From positions 1 through 35,256 of the forward strand of contig JAJHRB010000008.1 in NCBI GenBank assembly GCA_020833025.1: a stretch of DNA of 35,256 nucleotides, written 5' to 3'. The notes beneath the pieces are model-generated. The model was given only the letters and a program-made list of their open reading frames with translations, was not told where the DNA came from and did no database searches. This document shows, piece after piece, positions 1-7,077 of this stretch; position 1 is the first letter of the stretch, and each line of letters starts with the position of its first letter. The position numbers and the translations under genes were made by a program. This stretch comes from Thermoproteaceae archaeon (lineage in GTDB: Archaea > Thermoproteota > Thermoprotei > Thermoproteales > Thermoproteaceae).

Positions 1-976
1 GCAGTGGCCGCCGCCACGCAATCCTGCCTTCCCTGATGGCCACCACCCCGTCCGCGGTGCCGACGAAGAGCCACCTGCCGTCCTGGCTCGCCGCGAACGC
101 CAGCCTCGGCGCGTCTGTGCTGTAGGCAACGAGGACGGGGTCTTGCAGCGTGATGCCGTGGGGGTAAACGCGGAGGTACGGCCTCTCTCGCTTCTCGAAG
201 CAGAGCGCGACCGGCATTTCGCCGGCGCTCACGTACAGCCCGTAGACGGCGCCGCCGCACTCGGCAATTTTTGTGGTTCCTGCCGCCGTCACTGCGTAAA
301 TCCCGCCGCCCTCGGTGCCGGCGTAAATCGCGCCCGCCCCGACCGCCACGGCCGTGACTGGCGAGCCGAGCCTGACGGCGGCCTCGACGGCGCCGCCGCG
401 GACTACGTACACGTCACCCGCCGCGGTGCCGGCGGCGACGAGCTCGCAGTCCGTCGCGAGCGCTGTCACGTTGGCGCGCGGGCCGAGGTTGAGGGCCCAC
501 AGCGGGTAGCCGCTGGGCGCGTGGAGCGACAGCACTGACGTCTTGTAAACCGACGCGAAGACGACGGGGGGAAGCGGCAGCGAGAGGTTCATTACTACCG
601 TCACGGTCTGCGGCAGCTGGACTCCGTACTGCCTCAGCGCGCTGACGAGCTCGTCGGAGAGCCTGAGCTGGACCGGCGCCGACACCTGCGCCTCGTGCCT
701 CCAGGCCCTCACGTCGTATACGTACGGCCTGTTGGCGACCGCGATGCACCTGCCCGCCCTGTCGGCTGCGATCAGCGGGTAGGCGGCGCCCTGCGACCAG
801 AGCTCCCTCCCGTCGGCGCCGATCGCGCCGACCGAGCCGGGAGCCGCCCTGTAGAATATATCGCCGGACTCCGCCGGGATTAGGTGGGCGCTGGCGAGGG
901 CCGCCAGTGCGGCCAGCAGGAGCGCGGCGAGCGCCACGGCGCGCGCGAGCCAGCGAGCCGCGGGACTCCTAGTCAT
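1..976 (-). CDS. Secreted/surface beta-propeller-like (WD40/PQQ-type) protein, C-terminus runs off the window
   Basis: Not in the ORF track (no stop in the window). Manual translation from ATG 976: MTRSPAARWLARAVALAALLLAALAALASAHL... (signal-peptide-like), open to position 1. Repeated blade-like motifs: VTALATDCELVAAGTAAGDVYVV, VTAVAVGAGAIYAGTEGGGIYAV, FAASQDGRWLFVGTADGVVAI. Confidence 0.75.
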   Translation of the reverse strand, partial: MTRSPAARWLARAVALAALLLAALAALASAHLIPAESGDIFYRAAPGSVGAIGADGRELWSQGAAYPLIAADRAGRCIAVANRPYVYDVRAWRHEAQVSAPVQLRLSDELVSALRQYGVQLPQTVTVVMNLSLPLPPVVFASVYKTSVLSLHAPSGYPLWALNLGPRANVTALATDCELVAAGTAAGDVYVVRGGAVEAAVRLGSPVTAVAVGAGAIYAGTEGGGIYAVTAAGTTKIAECGGAVYGLYVSAGEMPVALCFEKRERPYLRVYPHGITLQDPVLVAYSTDAPRLAFAASQDGRWLFVGTADGVVAIREGRIAWRRPL

Positions 977-990
977 TCCGGCCCCCGCGC

Positions 991-1218
991 TCAACGCCGC
1001 TCACGTCCGGCACGACTGCTGGCTGCAGCGCGCAGCCCCGGCCGCTCCCTGCCCGCCGGCGCGTGGGGCTGCACCTCAACGGCCCTCCCCGACGCCAGCG
1101 TGCCGTGGAAGTCTCCGGGCCTGGCGTTTAGCGCGCGGACGAGGAAGCCGCCGCCGGAGTCGATGTCATGCAGGTGCGCGCTGACGTTAGGCAGGAGGAG
1201 CCGGTCGGGGGAGAGCAT
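991..1218 (-). CDS. Small hypothetical protein (75 aa)
   Basis: Fills the gap between the pilin and the propeller gene in the same orientation. The N-terminal half looks protein-like; the C-terminal half is low-complexity. Confidence 0.35.
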   Translation of the reverse strand: MLSPDRLLLPNVSAHLHDIDSGGGFLVRALNARPGDFHGTLASGRAVEVQPHAPAGRERPGLRAAASSRAGRERR

Positions 1219-1245
1219 ATAAAAACAGGGGCTTTCCCGCCGCCC

Positions 1246-1683
1246 CTAGCCTTGCTGCTCGGTCTGCGTGCTGCCCGGCTTGACTATTGCAGTGAACGGG
1301 AAGCTCTGGCCGCCGGCGAGTATCACGCGGCCGCTCAGCGACGTGCCGGGCGCCGGCGTGAGGCCGCTGAAAGTCGCAGTGCACGTGGCATTCGCGCCGA
1401 CCTTTATGATGTTACTAGTTTGCTTACCGACTGTACACGATGGCGTCTGCGACACGCCGGCCAGCTCCACCGCGGCTATCTGCGCGTCGACGGGCCCGGG
1501 ATTGACCATCACCAGCGTGAGCATCTTGTCGTCGGCCGTGACCTCGGCGGTGACCACGTTGAGCCTCGGCTGGCCGGTCATGGCTGCGCCTGCCGTCGTG
1601 TAGAGCCACCAGCCCACCGCGACCGCTATCACCAGTATTATGCCGACGATTATCGCTATCTCCATGCTCGTCAGGCCGCGCAT
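1246..1683 (-). CDS. Archaeal type IV pilin (probable major pilin)
   Basis: Class III signal peptide MRG|LTSMEIAIIVGIILVIAVAVGWWLY with Glu at +5 and a hydrophobic helix, followed by a small beta-rich domain with a Cys pair. Confidence 0.85.
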   Translation of the reverse strand: MRGLTSMEIAIIVGIILVIAVAVGWWLYTTAGAAMTGQPRLNVVTAEVTADDKMLTLVMVNPGPVDAQIAAVELAGVSQTPSCTVGKQTSNIIKVGANATCTATFSGLTPAPGTSLSGRVILAGGQSFPFTAIVKPGSTQTEQQG

Positions 1684-1754
1684 GTGATGCAGGAGCTGGG
1701 AGAGTTCAAATATCTTGCGTTGCAGTGCGCGGGGGCTAACGCAAGGCAGGGCGG

Positions 1755-2204
1755 CTAGAGGAGGAGCTCAAGCAGAACCTCGGGCGGGTCCTTGAGCGCC
1801 GATATGTACTTCGTCGGGTACGGCAGCGACATGTTCTCCACCATGTACCCCAGCTCCTCGGCGAGGTCCCGCTTGTTCCCGACGACCACCACCTCCCTGG
1901 CCGGGCAGCCGCCGGAGCAGAAGAGCCCGGCGACCTCCTCCAGAGCATTTAGAGTCTCGGGGCGCGTCACGTCGTAGACCAGCAGCGCCCTGTCTATCGG
2001 CCCCGCCCTCCTGGCGGCCCACGCCACCTCGGCGGCGCGCTGCCCCGGCACGTCTATTACGTCAATTGCCTCCCCGCGCGCGTAAATCCTGTACACGCCG
2101 GGCCTCAGCGTGGCGCGCGGCTGCGCCGCGGCGCCCAGAATTCTGTATATCAGTGTCGTCTTCCCGACGCCGCCGACGCCGAGCAGCACGACCCTCCTTG
2201 CCAC
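1755..2204 (-). CDS. Ras/Rab-superfamily small GTPase
   Basis: G1 GVGGVGKT, G3 DVPGQ, G4 NKRD, G5 SAL. Start moved to GTG 2204, about 24 nt downstream of the TATA-like element at 2228-2238. Confidence 0.85.
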   Translation of the reverse strand: MARRVVLLGVGGVGKTTLIYRILGAAAQPRATLRPGVYRIYARGEAIDVIDVPGQRAAEVAWAARRAGPIDRALLVYDVTRPETLNALEEVAGLFCSGGCPAREVVVVGNKRDLAEELGYMVENMSLPYPTKYISALKDPPEVLLELLL

Positions 2205-2227
2205 CCGCGCCGCCCTCGGCGCCAAAC

Positions 2228-2238
2228 TATATTAATTA
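2228..2238. promoter_or_regulatory. Shared TATA-like element of a divergent gene pair
   Basis: TATATTAATTA is an isolated A/T patch in GC-rich DNA, about 17-24 nt from the GTG starts at 2204(-) and 2255(+). Confidence 0.65.
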
Positions 2239-2254
2239 CCCGCGCCGCAGGCGC

Positions 2255-2863
2255 GTGCTCTGCGAGTGGCTGACGCGCGGCGCGATGTGCTCGGCGGCCC
2301 ACAGATACCTCGGGCTCCCGCGCGGCACCAGCTGCACCGAGGAGGAGGCGCTCGTGGGCAGGGCGCTGGAGAGGGCCCTGGCGTCGCTGAGGGACGGCCG
2401 GGCGCTGAAGCCGGGCGACGTGCACTCGGCGCTTCTAGTCCTTCTGTCGAAGAGCGGGACTGAGGCGGCGCTGCAGGCCGCCGTGAGGGAGGAGGCGGTC
2501 GGCATTGACTGGGACTACTGCCCGCTCGGCTTCGCGCTCGGGAGGAGGGTGACTGTCTTCGCGGGCTCTCTCGTCGAGAGCGCGGAGGAGCTCTACGAGG
2601 GCTACAGCTGGCTGTTCGAGCGCTTCGGGATGGCCCACGTCTTCGCCAAGGCGGCAGACGATGCCGAGCGCGAGGAGGCGTACCGCAAGTACGGCGCGGA
2701 GGCGGTGATAACGTGCCTGAGGAGGCCCCCGTGGCGCCTGAAGACCTACGTCGTGTCCTGCGACTGGCCGGGCCCGGCGGCCAGGCTTCTCGCCAGGGCC
2801 ATGGGCCTCGAGCTCTACCGCGGGGGCCAGCGGCTGGCCCCCGGCATTTACGTCGTCTCGTAG
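2255..2863 (+). CDS. Hypothetical protein (202 aa)
   Basis: Protein-like 3' part of the 2066..2863 ORF; GTG 2255 sits just after the TATA-like element. Confidence 0.7.
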   Translation: MLCEWLTRGAMCSAAHRYLGLPRGTSCTEEEALVGRALERALASLRDGRALKPGDVHSALLVLLSKSGTEAALQAAVREEAVGIDWDYCPLGFALGRRVTVFAGSLVESAEELYEGYSWLFERFGMAHVFAKAADDAEREEAYRKYGAEAVITCLRRPPWRLKTYVVSCDWPGPAARLLARAMGLELYRGGQRLAPGIYVVS

Positions 2864-3030
2864 TCGCGCGAGAATAGCTCGCCGGGCGGCAGCTTCCCCT
2901 CCGCCACGAGCCTCCCCTTAACTATGTCGAGGGCCGCGCGCAGGCGCCAGTAGAAGTCCGCAAGGTCCTCCCTCCCCGTCTCCCTCCACTCTGCATATAT
3001 CAGCCTGGCTATGTGCTCCAGCTCCCTGAC
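2848..3030 (-). pseudogene. C-terminal piece of the gene interrupted by the IS element
   Basis: VRELEHIARLIYAEWRETGREDLADFYWRL... joins in frame to 4964..4587 when 3031-4586 is removed. Confidence 0.85.
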
Positions 3031-3038
3031 CAGCACGA

Positions 3039-3062
3039 CAAGCCTCGCCCTTCAGGGCGGGG
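3039..3062 (+). repeat. IS left-end guide CAAG plus hairpin CCTCGCCC-TTCA-GGGCGGGG
   Basis: Near copy of the right-end hairpin. Guide CAAG matches target TGAC under the IS608 pairing rule. Confidence 0.85.
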
Positions 3063-3229
3063 TCGCCCCATCTGCGGCGAAAAGCTTATGAGACCCGGCC
3101 TTGCCAGGGCGATCGGTGCCCGGGGCGGTGCCCCCTCCCTCCCCGGATGAGCCGGTGGGGCGATACCCCACTGTTCTCGCCGCCCCGGGCACTGAATCTC
3201 CCAAATCGAAGGGTAAGAGAAAGCGCGCT

Positions 3230-4567
3230 TTGGGGGACGAAAACAAGAGGACTGTTAGGCTTAGGTTGTTGCCCAACGGCTCTCAAGAGAGGAAATTGCG
3301 AAGAATAGCCGATACCGCTGCCAAGCTGTGGAACGAATTGAACCACGCCAGGCTGGTTCAGCATAGGGAGAGTAGTGCGATTGATTTCAAGGGTACAGAG
3401 CATGAGTTCTACCACAGGTATAAGAGTGTGTTGGGTGTGAATGCTGGCCAGGTGATTAACCTAAATAATTGGATGTGGAAATCGTTCTTTGAGTTGTCTA
3501 GGCTGTATAAACAAGGCGAGCTACCGAAATTCATGGGTAAGCCATCGCCACCAGGCTTCTGGAAGGACAGGTTACTGGGCAGGAGGGAGCTGAGAGTCCT
3601 CGTGAGGAATGACAGGTACTACATTGAGCCGATCAACAACGGCGAGGGCTACCTAGTCCTAAAGGACTGGGGTTTGAGGATTAGGTATGCTGGCAGAATC
3701 AAGTGGAGTGGAAAGCAGGGCACGCTAGTGATAAAGTACGAGGGTGGCAGGTGGTTCGCCTATGTGCCAATCACCGTTGGGGAGAAACCCGCCAGATCTA
3801 ACCCGAAAGGCTACGTGAGGGGCATCCACGAGAAAATACAAATTGAGAAGCCTAAAGGCAACAACAAGGCCTTTATCGACGTTGGCTTGAACAACTTGTT
3901 CGCGGTGGCGTTTAGTCATACCAATGCGGCTATCTTGATTAAGGGCTCAACAATTAAGGCCGAGTACTACTGGTGGAAGCGTGAAATCAGGACGTATCAG
4001 GCAATTAGGGATTGGCTCAAACACCGTGGTTTTGAGCTATGGAAGAAGTACCACGCACTCTACATGCACGCAGTTTACAAGAGGAGGGAAAGACTTAGGC
4101 ACTACTATAGGACGGCAGTTAGGTTCCTGACAGAGACACTCCACGAAATGGGCGTTGATGAGGTATTCGTTGGTTACCCATACCTGGTGAGCCAGGACAA
4201 CGGTAATGAGTACAACACGAACATTTGGTGGTACGCTAAGGTAATAAAATGGCTCGGCGAGGTGCTGCAAGAGTACGGAATCAAACTCAACGTGGTGAGC
4301 GAGCACGGAACAAGCAAGCAGTGCTCCATATGCAATGCGGAGCACGAGAACGGTAGGGTTAAGCGTGGACTATATGTATGCCCAGTAACGGGTATAAAAA
4401 TTAACGCCGACATAAACGCAGCAAGAAACATTGCAAGGAGGGTAGGTTACGAAGTACCAATACCAAGGAAGATACTGAGCTACATAGTAACAAGTAACGG
4501 AGTAAAACCAATAACCCCCAAAGAGGGGGTAACGGTCGAGACCCCCACGATGGAAACCCCGCCCTAA
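3230..4567 (+). CDS. tnpB: TnpB RNA-guided endonuclease (RuvC plus Zn ribbon)
   Basis: KRTVRLRLLP N-terminus, RuvC-I FIDVGLNNL, TSKQCSIC, RuvC-III INADINAARNI. The ORF is open from 3101; TTG 3230 is the likelier start but is uncertain. Confidence 0.92.
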   Translation: MGDENKRTVRLRLLPNGSQERKLRRIADTAAKLWNELNHARLVQHRESSAIDFKGTEHEFYHRYKSVLGVNAGQVINLNNWMWKSFFELSRLYKQGELPKFMGKPSPPGFWKDRLLGRRELRVLVRNDRYYIEPINNGEGYLVLKDWGLRIRYAGRIKWSGKQGTLVIKYEGGRWFAYVPITVGEKPARSNPKGYVRGIHEKIQIEKPKGNNKAFIDVGLNNLFAVAFSHTNAAILIKGSTIKAEYYWWKREIRTYQAIRDWLKHRGFELWKKYHALYMHAVYKRRERLRHYYRTAVRFLTETLHEMGVDEVFVGYPYLVSQDNGNEYNTNIWWYAKVIKWLGEVLQEYGIKLNVVSEHGTSKQCSICNAEHENGRVKRGLYVCPVTGIKINADINAARNIARRVGYEVPIPRKILSYIVTSNGVKPITPKEGVTVETPTMETPP

Positions 4568-4602
4568 AGGGCGGGGAGGGGGTCATCTCGGCCGGGCCAA
4601 GC
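4400..4602 (+). ncRNA. Predicted TnpB reRNA/omega RNA: right-end scaffold plus flank-derived guide CTCGGCCGGGCCAAGC (5' boundary approximate)
   Basis: Established TnpB biology: the scaffold overlaps the tnpB 3' end and right end, and the guide is the adjacent flank from 4587. Boundaries are not demonstrable from sequence alone. Confidence 0.55.
4553..4576 (+). repeat. IS right-end guide GAAA plus hairpin CCCCGCCC-TAAA-GGGCGGGG
   Basis: Perfect 8-bp stem. Guide GAAA matches terminal TCAT (4583-4586). Confidence 0.88.
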
Positions 4603-4964
4603 CTGCCCTCCGCGCCCATCCTGAGGAGCTCCACAAGCCTCCTCCTCGCCTCCTCGGTGTAGTACTTGGTCCTCGCGGGCGGCACTAGGTCCAGGAGGCC
4701 CGTGAGAATTACTGCCTCAGCGCCCGTCAGCACGCCCCTGCTCGAGAGGGCGTGCACGAGCGCGGTGCCGTAGGCGTGGAAGACTCTCGCGAGCTGCCTC
4801 ACGCTCTCGCCAACTTTCGCGACCTCTCCCCTCAGCCTGGCGACCTCCTCCCTCAGCTTGTGGAACTCGCGTCTGAACAGCGCGTAGAGCGCCGCCACCG
4901 CCACGGCCACCAGCGGCGTCTGCGCCAGCGCGTGCGCCGCGACGTCCCAGAGATTCAGGCCCAT
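4587..4964 (-). pseudogene. N-terminal piece of the IS-interrupted membrane-anchored coiled-coil protein
   Basis: N-terminal hydrophobic helix, heptad stretch EFHKLREEVARLRGEVAKVGESVRQL, then RTKYYTEEARRRLVELL. The frame runs into the IS right end. Confidence 0.85.
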
Positions 4965-4999
4965 GACGCTGCACGCCCGGCTGCAGAAAAATCTTAGCG

Positions 5000-5134
5000 C
5001 TAGCCCTCCTCGAGCTCGTCGGCAAGATCCCTGAGCTCGTCCAGCGCCTCCTCGACGAGATCCCAGTCTCTGCCCTCCAGGGCGCTCTCGAGGAGGTCTA
5101 TCACGTCCCTCAGCCTCCTGGCGACGGCCTCCAC
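5000..5134 (-). CDS. Small acidic helical protein (44 aa)
   Basis: GTG 5134 lies about 21-26 nt downstream of TTATAA (5155-5160). Amphipathic sequence EAVARRLRDVIDLLESALEGRDWDLVEEALDELRDLADELEEG. Confidence 0.55.
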   Translation of the reverse strand: MEAVARRLRDVIDLLESALEGRDWDLVEEALDELRDLADELEEG

Positions 5135-5302
5135 GCGTGCCTCCCGCGCGGCAGTTATAACTGCGGCGCCGTTAGCCGCGCGCCGGTGCAACGCAAAGTG
5201 TTAATACTCCCCGGCATGTAGGAGCGTGGGAGTGCGCGCGCCCGGCTGCGCGAGACGGCTACCGCGCATTGCGCTGTCTGCGTGCCCCCGCGCGTGTGAG
5301 CC

Positions 5303-6640
5303 ATGGCGTGGGAGGTAGTAGAGGCCGCCCTCGTCTCCTGCATTCTCGTCGGCTTCGTGGCGTTCGCGCTGATCTACGCGACACCCCTGCAAGGGCCTGC
5401 CGCGTACACCCCGCCCCAGCAGCCGCAGCTGATGAACCTGGCGCAGCAGGCGCTTGATCGCGTTGTGCTCGTCAACGGCAGGGTTTTCGCGAGGGATGGG
5501 GGCAGGTGGGCCGTCGCGGATCTCGCGCTCTCCGCGCCGCGCCCTCTCTACCAGCCGCAGATAGACGAGACGAAGCTCTCCCTCCTGCAGGCCCTCGCGG
5601 ACGCGGGGCCCGCCGGGCCCCTGTGCGCGATCAACCAGAAGGCGTTTGTCGACGAGACCGGGATAGAGAGGGCAATCCTTGTAGGCTTCGGCGTCTTGAG
5701 ACCGGCCAGCACGTCCGCGCATTTCGACTACGCCCGCATTCTCAGGAATTTCTTCGGCGGGGACTGGGATAAGTACGATATAGAGCTGGTAATAAAGCCG
5801 CTTGTTAACCTAACCATTTGTCCGAACGTGAGGGTTGCGGGCGTCGACATTACGCGGAGAGACCCCGTGTGCAGCAACGTGCCGCGGGGCAGGGTGTTTG
5901 TCAGGTCTACCGCCGGCGGCAGGGTGGTGGTTACCGGCATGCGTTGCGAAGTGAATGTTGGATGCGACGTCTTCTCGTACGACCTGAGCCTGACCTATGC
6001 AAACGGCGTGTGGCAAGCAGAGGTGCCGCTGCCTCCATCTGCGTACGCCGGGCTGGGCGACACGGCCGGTTTGGCGTTAATAGCGCAGAAGGTAGATTAC
6101 CCAAGGGCGTCTGATCTCTTTGTCTTCAACACGACTTCGCGGAGTTTAGCGTACGGCATGTACGGCCCGGACGGCAAGCTCTGGCTCCTCCACGACCACA
6201 CGGTGAGCTGCGGCACTGGCAGCACTCCGGCCCTGGGGATTAGGGAGCTCGATGTATACACTGGCGCCGGGTTCGTGACGCTTGTTAACGGTGCCGTGCT
6301 CGACCCCGGCGCCGGCGGAGGCAATGTTAAGGTAGATGCCTGCCAGTCGTGCACCAAAAACGCGAGGTGCGCTGCGTGCTGGGTCGAGCCGCCAGCTAAC
6401 GCTATTTTTGCTGTAGCGTGGGTCGAGCGCGAGAGCCAGGGCAAGAAAGACTCCGCCCCGCTCTCGGTCATGTTGCTGGTGCCGCTTGCGCCGGCGCAGC
6501 CCCGATCGGCCATCAGAATCGGCACGTGGCACCGCTGGACGCCGCGGGAGCCGGAGCTGCAGAGCGCGGTTGCCACGAGGATCGCGGACGGGCAGACGAC
6601 AACGTACCAGCTGCGGCTGGTCCTGTACAGGAGGCCGTGA
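5303..6640 (+). CDS. Pilin-like N-anchored surface protein (445 aa), gene 1 of pilus/adhesin operon
   Basis: N-terminal hydrophobic helix with early Glu (MAWEVVEAALVSCILVGFVAFAL), then a beta-rich, Cys-paired extracellular region. Confidence 0.75.
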   Translation: MAWEVVEAALVSCILVGFVAFALIYATPLQGPAAYTPPQQPQLMNLAQQALDRVVLVNGRVFARDGGRWAVADLALSAPRPLYQPQIDETKLSLLQALADAGPAGPLCAINQKAFVDETGIERAILVGFGVLRPASTSAHFDYARILRNFFGGDWDKYDIELVIKPLVNLTICPNVRVAGVDITRRDPVCSNVPRGRVFVRSTAGGRVVVTGMRCEVNVGCDVFSYDLSLTYANGVWQAEVPLPPSAYAGLGDTAGLALIAQKVDYPRASDLFVFNTTSRSLAYGMYGPDGKLWLLHDHTVSCGTGSTPALGIRELDVYTGAGFVTLVNGAVLDPGAGGGNVKVDACQSCTKNARCAACWVEPPANAIFAVAWVERESQGKKDSAPLSVMLLVPLAPAQPRSAIRIGTWHRWTPREPELQSAVATRIADGQTTTYQLRLVLYRRP

Positions 6641-7077
6641 GGTGGGTTATTGAGCTCGGCCTCTCCGCCATCGTGGTGGGCTGCATTTTCTACGCGCTGT
6701 CGGCCGCACTGCCGTCGCCCACGTACATAGCCTCAGAGCGTGAGGTCACCGCGAATGCGTACTTCGTGCTTCTGCGCCTCTCTTCAGACCCGAGCTTCAT
6801 GGCTGTGGTGGAGCGGGCCGTGTGCGGCGACCGAAGCGTGGACATAAGGGCGACGCTCGACGCGACAATCCCCGCGAGGTATTACTACAACTTTACCGTG
6901 TATCTAGACGACGTGCGGCCGCCTGCCTGCAGGGTGTGCGCCGACTGGAGCGCCAAGCTTGTGAGCGTGGCGAGGCCCAATGGCTACCGCGCCGGGAGCG
7001 TCAGCGCCGCAGCGGTCTCTGCATTACTGAGCGACGGCACTAGGGTGAGGATGGCGCTGTCTCTTGAAAGGCCGTGA
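6637..7077 (+). CDS. Minor pilin-like protein (146 aa), gene 2
   Basis: GTG 6637 overlaps the upstream TGA (GTGA). N-terminus MRWVIELGLSAIVVGCIFYAL. Confidence 0.75.
   Translation: MRWVIELGLSAIVVGCIFYALSAALPSPTYIASEREVTANAYFVLLRLSSDPSFMAVVERAVCGDRSVDIRATLDATIPARYYYNFTVYLDDVRPPACRVCADWSAKLVSVARPNGYRAGSVSAAAVSALLSDGTRVRMALSLERP

Larger units (their letters stand above)
3031..4586 (+). mobile_element. Non-autonomous IS200/IS605-family element (tnpB only, IS1341-like), 1556 bp
   Basis: Subterminal hairpins at both ends, 5' flank TGAC, terminal TCAT, no target-site duplication, no tnpA, visibly more A/T-rich than the flanks. Its removal restores a host reading frame. Confidence 0.9.

Noticed and set aside
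143-1758. Plus-strand ORFs 143..538, 884..1222, 1168..1758, 1268..1603
   Set aside because: Arg/Ala/Pro-rich shadows opposite better minus-strand genes; similar GC-driven shadow ORFs were ignored throughout the window.
4401-4586. C-terminal part of track ORF 4401..4964
   Set aside because: Read-through into the antisense strand of the IS right end; the real continuation is at 3030.
3031-4586. IStron (group I intron-IS chimera) or target-site duplication
   Set aside because: The element is antisense to the host gene, no group I core is recognisable, and the flanks show no duplication, as expected for IS200/IS605.
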